Assembly (NCBI GenBank): GCA_963666055.2
Contig: CAXWPH010000011.1
Span: 224,001 to 288,000 of the forward strand
Direction of reading: 5' to 3'
Length of the DNA: 64,000 nucleotides
Origin: Acidobacteriota bacterium
GTDB lineage: Bacteria > Acidobacteriota > UBA890 > WLXD01
Shown: positions 10,551-19,659 of the stretch, piece after piece
Layout of the letters: each line of letters starts with the position of its first letter
Numbering within the stretch: position 1 is the first letter of the stretch
The notes under the pieces: generated by a model
Seen by the model: only the letters and a program-made list of their open reading frames with translations
Told to the model about the DNA's origin: nothing
The model's database searches: none
Translations under genes and position numbers: made by a program

Positions 10551-10571
10551 ACCGTCGGGGAAGTGTGCCAT
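10551..10571. repeat. 21-bp direct repeat, copy 1 (att-like; duplicate of the ptsI 3' end)
   Basis: ACCGTCGGGGAAGTGTGCCAT, identical to 12328-12348; minus strand reads MAHFPDG then TYD* (TAA at 10539-10541). Confidence 0.9.
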
Positions 10572-10661
10572 CCAAGACCTGAGTCTGCTGACCGTCTGTG
10601 AACACTCAGCATCTACGCCTCTGGAGTTGCCCAAACACTTGCGGCAGGTCACCTTCCTCAG

Positions 10662-10725
10662 ATGAAACTTGAGCTTCTCACCGATCGATTGTTTCTTCGT
10701 CCCCTTTCGTCTCGATGACCTATAA
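10662..10725 (+). pseudogene. RimJ/RimL-type GNAT acetyltransferase N-terminal remnant
   Basis: ATG 10662: MKLELLTDRLFLRP, then after removing one C from CCCC (10701-10704) FRLDDL*; matches the typical l.T.RL.LRp...D start of RimJ/RimL GNATs. Confidence 0.55.
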
Positions 10726-10809
10726 CTGGGGGCGTCTCAGGAGCTTCCCGGCGCGGGTCAGGCAAGTGAGTACTAGACTAATACCTCACTTTTACGGAAA
10801 GGAGCCAAC

Positions 10810-11118
10810 ATGCCGAGGTTCGTCAAAGTAGCCAGAACATCGGAGATCGCCGACCAATCTGCCACGTGCGTCGAAGTCGAAGGCAAGACCATCGCCATTT
10901 TCAACCTTGGTGGCAAGTTCTACGCTATTGATGACACATGCACGCATCATGGCGGGCCACTCAGCGAAGGCTCTGTCGACGGCGAGAAAGTCGAATGCCC
11001 TTGGCACGGCGCCCACTTCAACATCAAGTCCGGGGAGGCCACCGGACCCCCGGCCACTGAAGGTGTCACCAACTACACCGTTCGGCTCATAGGGGACAGC
11101 ATAGAGATCGAGGTGTAA
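10810..11118 (+). CDS. Rieske [2Fe-2S] ferredoxin (dioxygenase ferredoxin subunit-like)
   Basis: CTH...CPWHG Rieske ligands; AAGGAG SD upstream. Confidence 0.93.
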   Translation: MPRFVKVARTSEIADQSATCVEVEGKTIAIFNLGGKFYAIDDTCTHHGGPLSEGSVDGEKVECPWHGAHFNIKSGEATGPPATEGVTNYTVRLIGDSIEIEV

Positions 11119-11339
11119 CACTGGACTAAACCCTCGGCGGCCCAACACACGTGAGCCGAGCGTCTCACGGAGTGTGTCGTCACCGTCCGGTGAGCCAGAG
11201 GCTGCTGTCGGGGGCTCACGACCGTCCTCGCGTGCCTCAGCGATAGGCTTCAGGCTGCTCACCTACGCTGCTGGATGCGCCATGGAGCCCGGCACGCGAC
11301 CAGGTCAACACTGGGAAACAGTCCGGGCGAGGAGAAGCC

Positions 11340-11667
11340 ATGTCCGACTACACGTACGAGGAGCTCAAGTCCAAGCCCGTCGCCCTGCTAAGGGAGATCG
11401 CAGCGGAGCTGGAGCATGAGGCGGTGCACGGCTACACCATCATGCACAAGGAGCCATTGCTGCACGCTGTTTGCACCGCGCTCGGTCTCGAGGAGCACGC
11501 GCACCACGACATCGTCGGTATCGACAAGTCTGAGGTCAAACGGCAAATCCGCGAGCTCAAGGTCGAGCGCAACGGCGCCCTGCAGGCCCACGACTCGCGT
11601 GAGCTCAAGCGGATCCGTCGACAGATTCCGCGGCCTCAAGCGCAAGATCAGGAAGGCTACCGTCTGA
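11340..11667 (+). pseudogene. Small Rho-N-like helical protein, frameshifted near its 3' end
   Basis: MSDYTYEELKSKPVALLREIA...HKEPLLHAVC (Rho-N/HeH-like); extra C at 11628-11629; the amphipathic basic helix RRQI continues as RGLKRKIRKATV* in another frame (stop 11667). Confidence 0.6.
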
Positions 11668-11721
11668 TCTCGGGACACCCCGAAAGCTCCGACACGGTTG
11701 GTGTTCCGTCTCTCGAGACGA

Positions 11722-11800
11722 GGCGCTGGCGGCATGGGCAAGGTGTAGCTGGCCCGGGACACACGCCTGGACCCCAAGGTGGCGATCAAGGTGCCTGCCG
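11722..11800 (+). pseudogene. Hanks-type Ser/Thr protein kinase N-lobe fragment
   Basis: GAGGMGKV*LARDTRLDPKVAIKV(+C)LP: glycine-rich loop and VAIK motif with an in-frame TAG (11746-11748) and a frameshift. Confidence 0.8.
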
Positions 11801-11814
11801 CCGCACTACCTAGG

Positions 11815-12237
11815 TCAATCCTCTGGAAAGCCCCTCTCATGCCGGGGCAAGCCGTCATCTAGGCGGAGCCATTCGAGCCGGCTCGCCGTCCAGACATGCT
11901 CCCCAGGTATCATCTGTTCCGGCTCGTCCAGGCTACAGACGGTCACCCAGACTCCCCCCGAATCGTCCGGCCGCTGGTACGTCATCTGGGTGCCACAGGC
12001 GCTGCAAAACTGACGGCGGGCTCGTGCTCCGGCATCGTTCCGCGACTCGTAGCATCCCGGTGAGCCGGCTGTGAACTCGAACTCGTCGGTAACGAAGTTG
12101 GCCCACGCCAAGCAGGGAGCACCTGAAGACCGGCGGCAATCGCTGCAGTGGCAGAAGTGCACCCGAGAATCCGCCAGTACCCCGCGATAGCGAATGGCGC
12201 CACAGAAACACCCACCCTCGACGATCACACCCTCCAC
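11815..12237 (-). CDS. GFA family (glutathione-dependent formaldehyde-activating/CENP-V) zinc protein
   Basis: GGCFCGAIRY, CHCSDCRR, RQFCSACGT motifs. Confidence 0.92.
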   Translation of the reverse strand: MEGVIVEGGCFCGAIRYRGVLADSRVHFCHCSDCRRSSGAPCLAWANFVTDEFEFTAGSPGCYESRNDAGARARRQFCSACGTQMTYQRPDDSGGVWVTVCSLDEPEQMIPGEHVWTASRLEWLRLDDGLPRHERGFPED

Positions 12238-12306
12238 CGGATCCTCCCGGCCGTCTCATTGCCTGAATCGATTGATCTACCCGCGCCGTTGTCTCTACAG
12301 GACTCG

Positions 12307-14073
12307 CTACTGGTCGAACGACAGAAGACCGTCGGGGAAGTGTGCCATAAGCCGCTCGAGTGCGAGCTCCTCGACTTCCTGTGCGGTGCGGAACTCCATG
12401 GCCTGTGCAAGCAGTTGGCGCGTATCCCGCGCTGGCACCTTCCGGATCAGCCGCTTGATCACCGGAACGGAGCTCGGGGTCATGCTGAGCTCATCGATGC
12501 CGTATCCGAGAAACACCATCGCGGTCAATGGATCCGAGGCCGCTTCACCACACAGGCTGACGGGAACACCACGCTCACGGGCTCTGCTCACCACCTGTTC
12601 GAGCAATCGCAACACCGCCGGATGCAAGGGCTCGTAGAGATGCCCCACGCCGTCGTTGTTTCGATCCACCGCCAGCAGGTATTGAATCAAATCGTTGGTT
12701 CCGATCGAGAAGAAATCAACTTCCTCGGCAAGATGATCGACGATCAAGGCTGCAGCTGGCACCTCCAGCATCACACCAATCGGGACTTGTTCGGCGACGG
12801 CGTGCCCGGCAGCCAGCACCGCTTCCCGGGCTCGCCGTAGCGCTGCTTTCGCCTGGCGCACCTCGTCGAGATCGGTCACCAGCGGAAACACGACGCGCAA
12901 ATCGCCATGCACGCTCGCCCGATACAGGCCGCGCAACTGAGTTTCGAACAGTTCCAGCTTCTCGAGCGACTGCCGGATACCGCGCACGCCGAGCAAGTTG
13001 CTGTCCGCTTGAATGGCGCCCTGACGACCCGGGAGCGCTTTCTCACCGCCCAGATCGAGGGTGCGGATAGTAACCGGTTCGGGGCTCATGGCCTCCAGAA
13101 CGGCACGGTACTCCCGATAGTGGGCTTCTTCGTCGGGCAGACAGTCAGGTGACCTCAGATAGAGGAACTCCGATCGGAACAACCCCACCCCCGCAGCGCC
13201 GAACCGCAGCGCCGTTTCAGCCTCGTCGGCGCTCTCGATGTTCGCGGCCAACCGTACCTGGACGCCATCGGGGCTGATCGCAGGCAGGTCGCGGTCGCGT
13301 AACAGCGCCTTGTCGCGGCGGCGAGTCGACGATTGTTTGTCGCGATATCGGGTCAGCAACTCGGCGTCAGGATGAACGACGACCGTGCCGTCGCTGCCGT
13401 CGACAATGACCTGGTCCCCAGTGCGAACCCACTCGCTGGTGTCGTGGGCGCCGACGACGGCCGGGATCTGCAGCGAGCGGGCCATGATCGCCGTGTGGCT
13501 GGTGCGTCCACCAACATCGGTCACAAAGCCCAGCACTCGATCCCGATTCAGCAGAGCGGTATCCGAGGGCGAAAGGTCGTAGGCAAAGAGCACCGGCAAG
13601 TCGCGGAGATCCTCGAGCCTCATTCCCTCCTCGCCGCTCAGAGTCCGCAGCAACCGCGTTGTCAGATCACCGAGATCATTGCGACGCTCGCGCAAGTACG
13701 GATCGGCGATGCGGGCGAAACGCGCGCTCAGATCGTCGCCCACCGACTTGACCGCCCACTCGACGTTCTGCCCGAGCTTACGTATGCGATCACGGATGGG
13801 TTCAACGAGGCCGCTGCCGTCGAGCATCAGACGCTGCGCATCGATGATCTGGGCAATGTCGTGGCCCAGTTCCCGGTCGGTTATCTCTTCGATTGCCGCG
13901 AGCTGTTGCCGCACACTCGCGACAGCGGCGTCCAGTCGCACCAGCTCATGCTCGATCCGATCCTCCGACAGCTCGTAGCGCGGCACGTGGCTCACGCGGC
14001 GCTCGATCACGAATGCGGTTCCGATGGCAATGCCCGCAGACACCCCGATCGCCTGACGAACGACGGGCTCCAT
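12307..14073 (-). CDS. ptsI: Phosphoenolpyruvate-protein phosphotransferase (PTS enzyme I)
   Basis: GGRTSHTAI phospho-His motif, GLFRSE, IRTLDLGGEK, SIGTNDLIQY; ATG 14073 chosen (MEPVVRQAIG). Confidence 0.96.
   Translation of the reverse strand: MEPVVRQAIGVSAGIAIGTAFVIERRVSHVPRYELSEDRIEHELVRLDAAVASVRQQLAAIEEITDRELGHDIAQIIDAQRLMLDGSGLVEPIRDRIRKLGQNVEWAVKSVGDDLSARFARIADPYLRERRNDLGDLTTRLLRTLSGEEGMRLEDLRDLPVLFAYDLSPSDTALLNRDRVLGFVTDVGGRTSHTAIMARSLQIPAVVGAHDTSEWVRTGDQVIVDGSDGTVVVHPDAELLTRYRDKQSSTRRRDKALLRDRDLPAISPDGVQVRLAANIESADEAETALRFGAAGVGLFRSEFLYLRSPDCLPDEEAHYREYRAVLEAMSPEPVTIRTLDLGGEKALPGRQGAIQADSNLLGVRGIRQSLEKLELFETQLRGLYRASVHGDLRVVFPLVTDLDEVRQAKAALRRAREAVLAAGHAVAEQVPIGVMLEVPAAALIVDHLAEEVDFFSIGTNDLIQYLLAVDRNNDGVGHLYEPLHPAVLRLLEQVVSRARERGVPVSLCGEAASDPLTAMVFLGYGIDELSMTPSSVPVIKRLIRKVPARDTRQLLAQAMEFRTAQEVEELALERLMAHFPDGLLSFDQ
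12328..12348. repeat. 21-bp direct repeat, copy 2 (within the ptsI 3' end)
   Basis: ACCGTCGGGGAAGTGTGCCAT, identical to 10551-10571. Confidence 0.9.
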
Positions 14074-14241
14074 GCCGACTAGTGTCCTGTAACAGAGGTT
14101 CGTTGCATATTGTGGCGCGCGCCACCAAGTCGGACCCAAGGTGGCTCGATGAGGGCGATGCTGTGCGCATCGCAGAGGAGGGCGGATGGCGCAGACGGTC
14201 GGTCGCGCGGCCACCCGCTCAACATGCTCCCCGCACCGGCG

Positions 14242-14508
14242 CTACTCCTCGCCGAAGAGGTTGTTCACCAGGTCCGTCAGGGCATCGACCGCGTTGTGCT
14301 CATCGGGACCGTCGGCGATTACCAGGATCCGGCTTCCCTTGGGCGCCGCCAGCAGCAGGACGCCGATGATGCTCTTGCCGTTCACCGTTATGGCGTCCTT
14401 GCCGACCTGAATCTCGCACTCGAAAGGACTGGCGCACTTGACGAACTTGGCGGCAGCACGGGCATGTAGGCCGAGCTTGTTGAGGATCACCAGTTCTTTT
14501 TGGATCAT
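14242..14508 (-). CDS. ptsH: Phosphocarrier protein HPr
   Basis: NKLGLHARAA (His15) and NGKSIIG (Ser46). Confidence 0.95.
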   Translation of the reverse strand: MIQKELVILNKLGLHARAAAKFVKCASPFECEIQVGKDAITVNGKSIIGVLLLAAPKGSRILVIADGPDEHNAVDALTDLVNNLFGEE

Positions 14509-14538
14509 CTGCTCATGCCGCGCGTCGCATCCATCGGT

Positions 14539-14985
14539 CTACAACTTTTCCTGAGTCGAGAGGATCTCGCTAGCCACACGCACGCTGCTCTGGCCGCGGT
14601 CGCGCACCTGGCAAGCGATTTCCGCCAGCGACGCGCCGCTACCTTGCAGGTTCGCCAGCTTGACCAACATCGGCAGGTTGACGCCGGTAAGAATCTCCAC
14701 GCACCCGGTTTCGAGGAACGAGAGGCTGACGTTGGTGGGCGTGCCGCCGAACATGTCCGTGAAGATCAGCACACCGCTCGGCGCGGTCACCTCGCCGATT
14801 GCCCTTTCGATCTGGTCGCGCGCGTCGGCGACCTCACCATCCCAGTCGATCGACACCGCGCGGATATGTTCGATCGGACCGACGATGCGCTCGGCAGCCT
14901 TGAGGAGCTCCGTTGCCAGTCCCCCATGAGTAACCACAACTGCCCCGACGGAAACGGGTGGCGGGGCGTTACTTCCGCCGGTCAT
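14539..14985 (-). CDS. PTS mannose/fructose-family EIIA component
   Basis: VVTHG, TDMFGGTPTN, GVNLPML motifs. Confidence 0.93.
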   Translation of the reverse strand: MTGGSNAPPPVSVGAVVVTHGGLATELLKAAERIVGPIEHIRAVSIDWDGEVADARDQIERAIGEVTAPSGVLIFTDMFGGTPTNVSLSFLETGCVEILTGVNLPMLVKLANLQGSGASLAEIACQVRDRGQSSVRVASEILSTQEKL

Positions 14986-15866
14986 CGAGCCGCGCTACGC
15001 GCCGTCGCGTCGCTGAGGTCTGCGTGCGTGAGCGTAGTCGGATACCCGCGTTCGCCCAGGTGTGCGGCCACCAAGCTGGCTATGGCGACAGACCGGTGCC
15101 GTCCGCCCGTGCATCCGAATGCCAGCGTGAGGTACGTCTTCCCTTCCTCGCCATACCGCGGCAGAAGGAACGACAAGAGCCGTTCCAGATGTTGGAGAAA
15201 CTCTGCCGTGCCGGAGCTCGACTCTACGAAATGGCGCACCGGATCGTCCAAACCGGTAAGCGCTCTGAGCTCGGGATCGTAGTGCGGGTTCGGCAGGAAC
15301 CGTACGTCGAAGACCAGATCGGCGTTCGGCAACACGCCGTTGCGATACGCAAAACTAGTAACTGCGACATTGAGAGACGGAGCTTCCTCTTCGGCGAAGC
15401 GCTTGAGCAAGAACTCACGCAGCGAACGAACGCTGAACTCGCCGGTATCGATCACCGCATCCGCGAGGCTGCGCAATGGCAGCAGCACTTGGCGCTCCTG
15501 CAGAATTCCCTCCGCCACGGACCCCCTCGGGGCCAGGGGATGTGGCCTACGAGTCTCGGAGAAACGCTGCACCAATACGCTGTCGGGAGCATCGAAGAAC
15601 AGCAGCAGAGACCGAGGTGAGCGCTCCTTGACATCCGACCATGCCGGCCCGAACTGCTCCAGAAACTCCCCGGTGCGTGCGTCGACCGCCAGCGCCAGGC
15701 GCGGCAAGCTAGGGGTGCTCCGATGGCATAGGTCGATGCAGGTCTCCATCAGCGGCGGCGGCAAGTTGTCGACGCAGTAGTAGCCAATATCCTCGAAGGC
15801 GCGCAACGCGCTGGTCTTGCCGGCACCAGACATCCCCGAGACGATCAGGATGCGGCGCCCGCTCAT
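14982..15866 (-). CDS. rapZ: RNase adapter / P-loop protein RapZ (YvcJ)
   Basis: GMSGAGKT, CVDNLP, RFSETRRPHPL, DVRFLPNP, GCTGGRHRSV. Confidence 0.95.
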   Translation of the reverse strand: MSGRRILIVSGMSGAGKTSALRAFEDIGYYCVDNLPPPLMETCIDLCHRSTPSLPRLALAVDARTGEFLEQFGPAWSDVKERSPRSLLLFFDAPDSVLVQRFSETRRPHPLAPRGSVAEGILQERQVLLPLRSLADAVIDTGEFSVRSLREFLLKRFAEEEAPSLNVAVTSFAYRNGVLPNADLVFDVRFLPNPHYDPELRALTGLDDPVRHFVESSSGTAEFLQHLERLLSFLLPRYGEEGKTYLTLAFGCTGGRHRSVAIASLVAAHLGERGYPTTLTHADLSDATARSAAR

Positions 15867-16870
15867 TCGAGATCTCCCTCGTCTAATCCATAGGCGCCCA
15901 CCTTGAAGTGCGGGTGCGGCTGCTCCATCGCGTTGCGCAGCCGTAATTCCAGGTCGGCCGCCGGGTTGAGCCCCTTGAAACGCAACAGCAGGTTGCGGGC
16001 CGCAACCTCGACGAGGTTCGAAAGACTGCGGCCGGGCACCACCGGCAGCCGCACCAGCGGAATCTCGACGCCCAACAGCTCAGTGGTCTCGGCATCGAAG
16101 CCCAGTCGCTCGCAATCGTCGTTGACATCGCCACGCTGGAGATCGATGACCAACTCAACGCGCTTGCGCTGACGGGTCGCGGCTACGCCGAACAAGTGCG
16201 CGATGTTGATGATTCCGAGTCCCCGCACTTCCATGTGATGACGCACGAGCTCAGACCCACGCGCCACCAGAATTTCGTCCTGTCGGCACCGGATCTCGAC
16301 GACATCGTCCGAGACCAGCCGATGGCCGCGCATCACCAGGTCGAGCGCACACTCACTCTTGCCGATCCCCGAAGGCCCGGTGAGCAGCACGCCGACGCCG
16401 AAAACATCGACCATTACTCCGTGCACGGTCGTACGCGGTGCGAAGTGCGCGTCGAGAAAGTGGTTCAAGCGATCGATGAACGTTGACGACAACAGCTGGC
16501 TGCGCAGCAGTGGAATGTCCTGCGCCTCGCACAGCTCGGCGAGCTCCGGCGGCACCCCCAAACCCTTCGTAATCGCCACGCACGACAGCGGACAAGCGGT
16601 GATCGGCTCCAGCAGTTCGCGCTGGCGTTCGGCATCGAGAGCCACCAGGTAGGTGATCTCGGATTCACCGAAGACCTGCACGCGTCCAGGATGGATAGAG
16701 GCCACATGGCCGGCCATCGCCAGGCCCGGCTTCTGAATGCGTTGGTGGGTGATTAGCTTCTCGACGCCCGATCCCCCGGCAATGAGCTCCACCTCCAGGT
16801 AATCCTTGCCGGCATCGAGCAGCTCGAGAACCGCTACTCCGGCAGTTGCATCCGACGCCGCTGAGCTCAC
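15863..16870 (-). CDS. hprK: HPr(Ser) kinase/phosphorylase
   Basis: HGVMVDVFGVGVLLTGPSGIGKSECALDL..RGHRLVSDD, EVRGLGII. Confidence 0.96.
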   Translation of the reverse strand: MSSAASDATAGVAVLELLDAGKDYLEVELIAGGSGVEKLITHQRIQKPGLAMAGHVASIHPGRVQVFGESEITYLVALDAERQRELLEPITACPLSCVAITKGLGVPPELAELCEAQDIPLLRSQLLSSTFIDRLNHFLDAHFAPRTTVHGVMVDVFGVGVLLTGPSGIGKSECALDLVMRGHRLVSDDVVEIRCRQDEILVARGSELVRHHMEVRGLGIINIAHLFGVAATRQRKRVELVIDLQRGDVNDDCERLGFDAETTELLGVEIPLVRLPVVPGRSLSNLVEVAARNLLLRFKGLNPAADLELRLRNAMEQPHPHFKVGAYGLDEGDLE

Positions 16871-16891
16871 TCGTCTACGTCCCGATCAACC

Positions 16892-17236
16892 TCAAGAAGC
16901 GTCGACCGTTTCGGTGATCACCGAGACGGCGTGACGTCGACGCTCGACGAGTTTGTCGTGTGCCTTTCGCGTCTGGCTGTCGAGTCGTCGTAGCACGTCG
17001 CGCACGGCGACGGCGGGGTCAGGCGACTCCTGCTTGGCGGTGAACGTGCCCAAGCGGTGTCGCACGATAATCTCCACCGTATGTCGTTCCAAGGGGCTGT
17101 CTCCCTCCTTCGTCACGACCACATGCGCTCCCCGATCGCCTTGCAGGAAACGTTCGAGCTTACCCAAGTGCTGTTCGATCTTGTCGCGCAGCTCTCTGCC
17201 CACCGAAGTGCCACGGGCGGTCCAGTCAATCTTCAT
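16892..17236 (-). CDS. hpf: Ribosome hibernation promoting factor (short HPF/RaiA)
   Basis: Size and S30EA-like pattern; position immediately after rpoN. Confidence 0.8.
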   Translation of the reverse strand: MKIDWTARGTSVGRELRDKIEQHLGKLERFLQGDRGAHVVVTKEGDSPLERHTVEIIVRHRLGTFTAKQESPDPAVAVRDVLRRLDSQTRKAHDKLVERRRHAVSVITETVDAS

Positions 17237-17296
17237 GGAGTCGGCTTCCTCCTTGACGAAAAAGGACGATCAGTCCGATACCCACTCAGCACACTA

Positions 17297-18733
17297 CTAC
17301 CCTATCGCGCGCCGGACCCTCGAGGCAGGTATCCGCATTTCCTCGCGGTACTTCGCCACCGTGCGTCGGGCGATCACCAGCCCCCCTTCTTTGAGCCGGT
17401 TGGCAATGGCGGCGTCGGACATCGGCTTCCGTGCCTGCTCCGACTCGATGAGCCTACGGATCTTGTCCTTGACGCTTACCGATGACACCTCTGAGCCGCT
17501 CGCGTGTCCTAGGCCGCTGTGGAAGAAGAATCGCATCTCCAACAGGCCCTGCGGCGTATGCATGTACTTGCCGTTGACGACGCGCGAGACCGTTGACTCG
17601 TGCATGCCGATGTCGTCCGCGACATCCCGCAGCACCATCGGGCGTAGCGCTGTCAGCCCGTGATCGAAGAAGTCGTGCTGATACGCAAGGATGCTTGCCG
17701 CGACCTTGCCGATAGTTCGCTGCCGCTGGCCATATGACTTGATGAGCCACAGCGCCGAACGCATCTTCTCCTGCAAGTATTCGTTTGCCTTCTTGGAGAG
17801 GCCGTTGTCGGAGCGCAGCATGTCACGGTACAAACGCGACACGCGCAGCTTCGGAAGGCCGTCATCGTTTACCGTGGCCACGTAGTCGTCTCCGTCCTTG
17901 CGGACGTATACGTCCGGAACGATGTAACGCGGCGACTCCGACGTAAACTGCTGTCCGGGCTTGGGATTGAGCGTGCGGATGATGTCGACCGCTTCAGAAA
18001 TCTCTTCGGCGCGCGCGCGGGTAGCACGTGCGATCTCCTTGAAGCGGTAGGCGGCTAGCGCGTCCATGTGGTCCCGCACAATGATGCCCGGCAACTGCTG
18101 CTCGACGCCGAGGCGCTCCAGTTGCAAGAACAGGCATTCGCGCAGGTCACGCGCTGCTACCCCGAGTGGATCCAACTCCTGCACCGCAGCTAGGACCCTC
18201 TGGACCTCGAGAACGGGCCACCGCCCCATTTCGGCGATCTCCTCGCAGCTGGCGCGCAGATAGCCGCTCTCGTCCAGGTTGCCAAGAATCATCCGGCCAA
18301 TTGCCATCCGGCCAGGAGCCAAGGACGTCGTTTCCAATTGCCAGATCAGATGATCAACCAACGAGGGCAGGGCGGTCAGCGTGTTCTCGAACGGCAACGC
18401 CTCGCCCTGCTCGTACATGTTCGCGGTGGTGGGCTGATAGTCGAACATCTTGGAGAAGAACTCGTCGGCGTCGAAGTTGTCGCCCAACTCCTCGGTGCCC
18501 GCTGCCACCTCGTCCGTCGTCTCGGTGGCCGCTTCGGCCTCGGCGAGCTCGGCAGCACTGGGCTCCTCACGTTCCTCGCCCTCCTCCAGGACGGGGTTCT
18601 CCACCATCTCCTGCTGTAGCGTGGCCTCTAACTCGAGCCTGTTGAGCTGCAGAAGCTTGATCGCCAGCTGCAAGGCCGGTGTCATCACCAGCCGTTGCTG
18701 CAAGCGCATGGAAAGTCGTAGTTCGAGTGCCAT
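17297..18733 (-). CDS. rpoN: RNA polymerase sigma-54 factor
   Basis: Q/L-rich region I, HESTVSR HTH, RpoN box ARRTVAKYRE. Confidence 0.97.
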   Translation of the reverse strand: MALELRLSMRLQQRLVMTPALQLAIKLLQLNRLELEATLQQEMVENPVLEEGEEREEPSAAELAEAEAATETTDEVAAGTEELGDNFDADEFFSKMFDYQPTTANMYEQGEALPFENTLTALPSLVDHLIWQLETTSLAPGRMAIGRMILGNLDESGYLRASCEEIAEMGRWPVLEVQRVLAAVQELDPLGVAARDLRECLFLQLERLGVEQQLPGIIVRDHMDALAAYRFKEIARATRARAEEISEAVDIIRTLNPKPGQQFTSESPRYIVPDVYVRKDGDDYVATVNDDGLPKLRVSRLYRDMLRSDNGLSKKANEYLQEKMRSALWLIKSYGQRQRTIGKVAASILAYQHDFFDHGLTALRPMVLRDVADDIGMHESTVSRVVNGKYMHTPQGLLEMRFFFHSGLGHASGSEVSSVSVKDKIRRLIESEQARKPMSDAAIANRLKEGGLVIARRTVAKYREEMRIPASRVRRAIG

Positions 18734-18736
18734 GGC

Positions 18737-19549
18737 TCAGTTGAGGCTAAAGGACTCGCCGAGGTAGATCTTGCGGACCTGCGGATCGCGCTCGAGATCT
18801 CCAGGGGCACCGGAGCGGAATATCTGGCCATCCGTGAGGATGTAGGCGCGATCGGTGATGCGCAGCGTCTCGCGCACGTTGTGATCGGTTACCAGCACGC
18901 CGATCCCGCGCATCCGCAGCTCGCGTACGAGCTTCTGGATATCGCTGATGGCTATCGGATCGATGCCCGTGAACGGCTCGTCAAGAAGCAGGAAGGACGG
19001 ATTGGTCGTCAGGGCACGAGCAATCTCGACCCGCCGGCGCTCGCCACCCGAAAGAGTGTAGGCTCGATGGTCTGCGAGATGGGTGAGCCCGAGATCGGCC
19101 AGCAACACCTTGCAACGGCGCTGGCGCTCCTGGCGGGTAAGTCGCAGGCCCTCGAGGATCGCCATGAGGTTTTCCTCTACGGTGAGGCGTCGGAACACGG
19201 ACGGCTCCTGCGGCAGGTACGAGATCCCATGGCGACGCGCCCGGATGTACATAGGCTCGCGGGTAATCTCGATGTCAGCAGCGTAGATTCGTCCCTCGTC
19301 GGGACGAACCAGCCCGACCACCATGTAGAACGTGGTCGTCTTTCCGGCACCGTTGGGGCCGAGCAGGCCGACGACCTCACCCTGAGAGATGCTGAAGTTG
19401 ATCCCGTCGACCACCCGGCGACCGCCGTACGCCTTGACCAGACCGTCAACCCGTAGAGTCCGCGCCGGCAGGTCCGGCTCCGTGCCCGGCAGCGGCCCTG
19501 CACCGCTCACCGACACCGCCGGCGGCGAGAGATTCGATCGTTCATGCAT
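18737..19549 (-). CDS. lptB: LPS export ABC transporter ATP-binding protein LptB
   Basis: [54 protein letters not shown]; start uncertain (ATG 19549 or GTG 19510). Confidence 0.95.
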   Translation of the reverse strand: MHERSNLSPPAVSVSGAGPLPGTEPDLPARTLRVDGLVKAYGGRRVVDGINFSISQGEVVGLLGPNGAGKTTTFYMVVGLVRPDEGRIYAADIEITREPMYIRARRHGISYLPQEPSVFRRLTVEENLMAILEGLRLTRQERQRRCKVLLADLGLTHLADHRAYTLSGGERRRVEIARALTTNPSFLLLDEPFTGIDPIAISDIQKLVRELRMRGIGVLVTDHNVRETLRITDRAYILTDGQIFRSGAPGDLERDPQVRKIYLGESFSLN

Positions 19550-19555
19550 GCAGAT

Positions 19556-19585
19556 ATCGTACCAATGTGGCAGCAACTCGGTCAA
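19556..19585 (-). promoter_or_regulatory. Putative sigma70 promoter for the lptB-rpoN operon
   Basis: TTGACC-N18-TACGAT with extended -10 TG (TGGTACGAT). Confidence 0.5.
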
Positions 19586-19659
19586 CGTGACAAGAGACCG
19601 CCGATTCGTTGATTTTCTGTGTGTTTAAACGAACTTACGCTCGTCGATCGAATCTTTTG

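Larger units (their letters stand above)
10551..12348. mobile_element. Decayed genomic islet integrated at the 3' end of ptsI
   Basis: Bounded by perfect 21-bp direct repeats; contains mixed-orientation small genes and pseudogene fragments; no integrase seen. Confidence 0.65.

Noticed and set aside
10556-10570. Minus-strand TGGCAC in the 21-bp repeat as a sigma-54 promoter
   Set aside because: The -12 TTGC element is absent (TGGCACACTTCCCCG); the sequence is explained by ptsI codons
9912-12279. 13-bp repeat ATCGATTGATCTA at 9912-9924 and 12267-12279
   Set aside because: Short enough to arise by chance in 64 kb and does not bound a coherent unit, though one copy abuts the MITE
14074-14241. 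Palindromes between ptsH and ptsI resembling the MITE interior (GCGATG...CATCGC)
   Set aside because: Similarity limited to a few bases; no terminal inverted repeats
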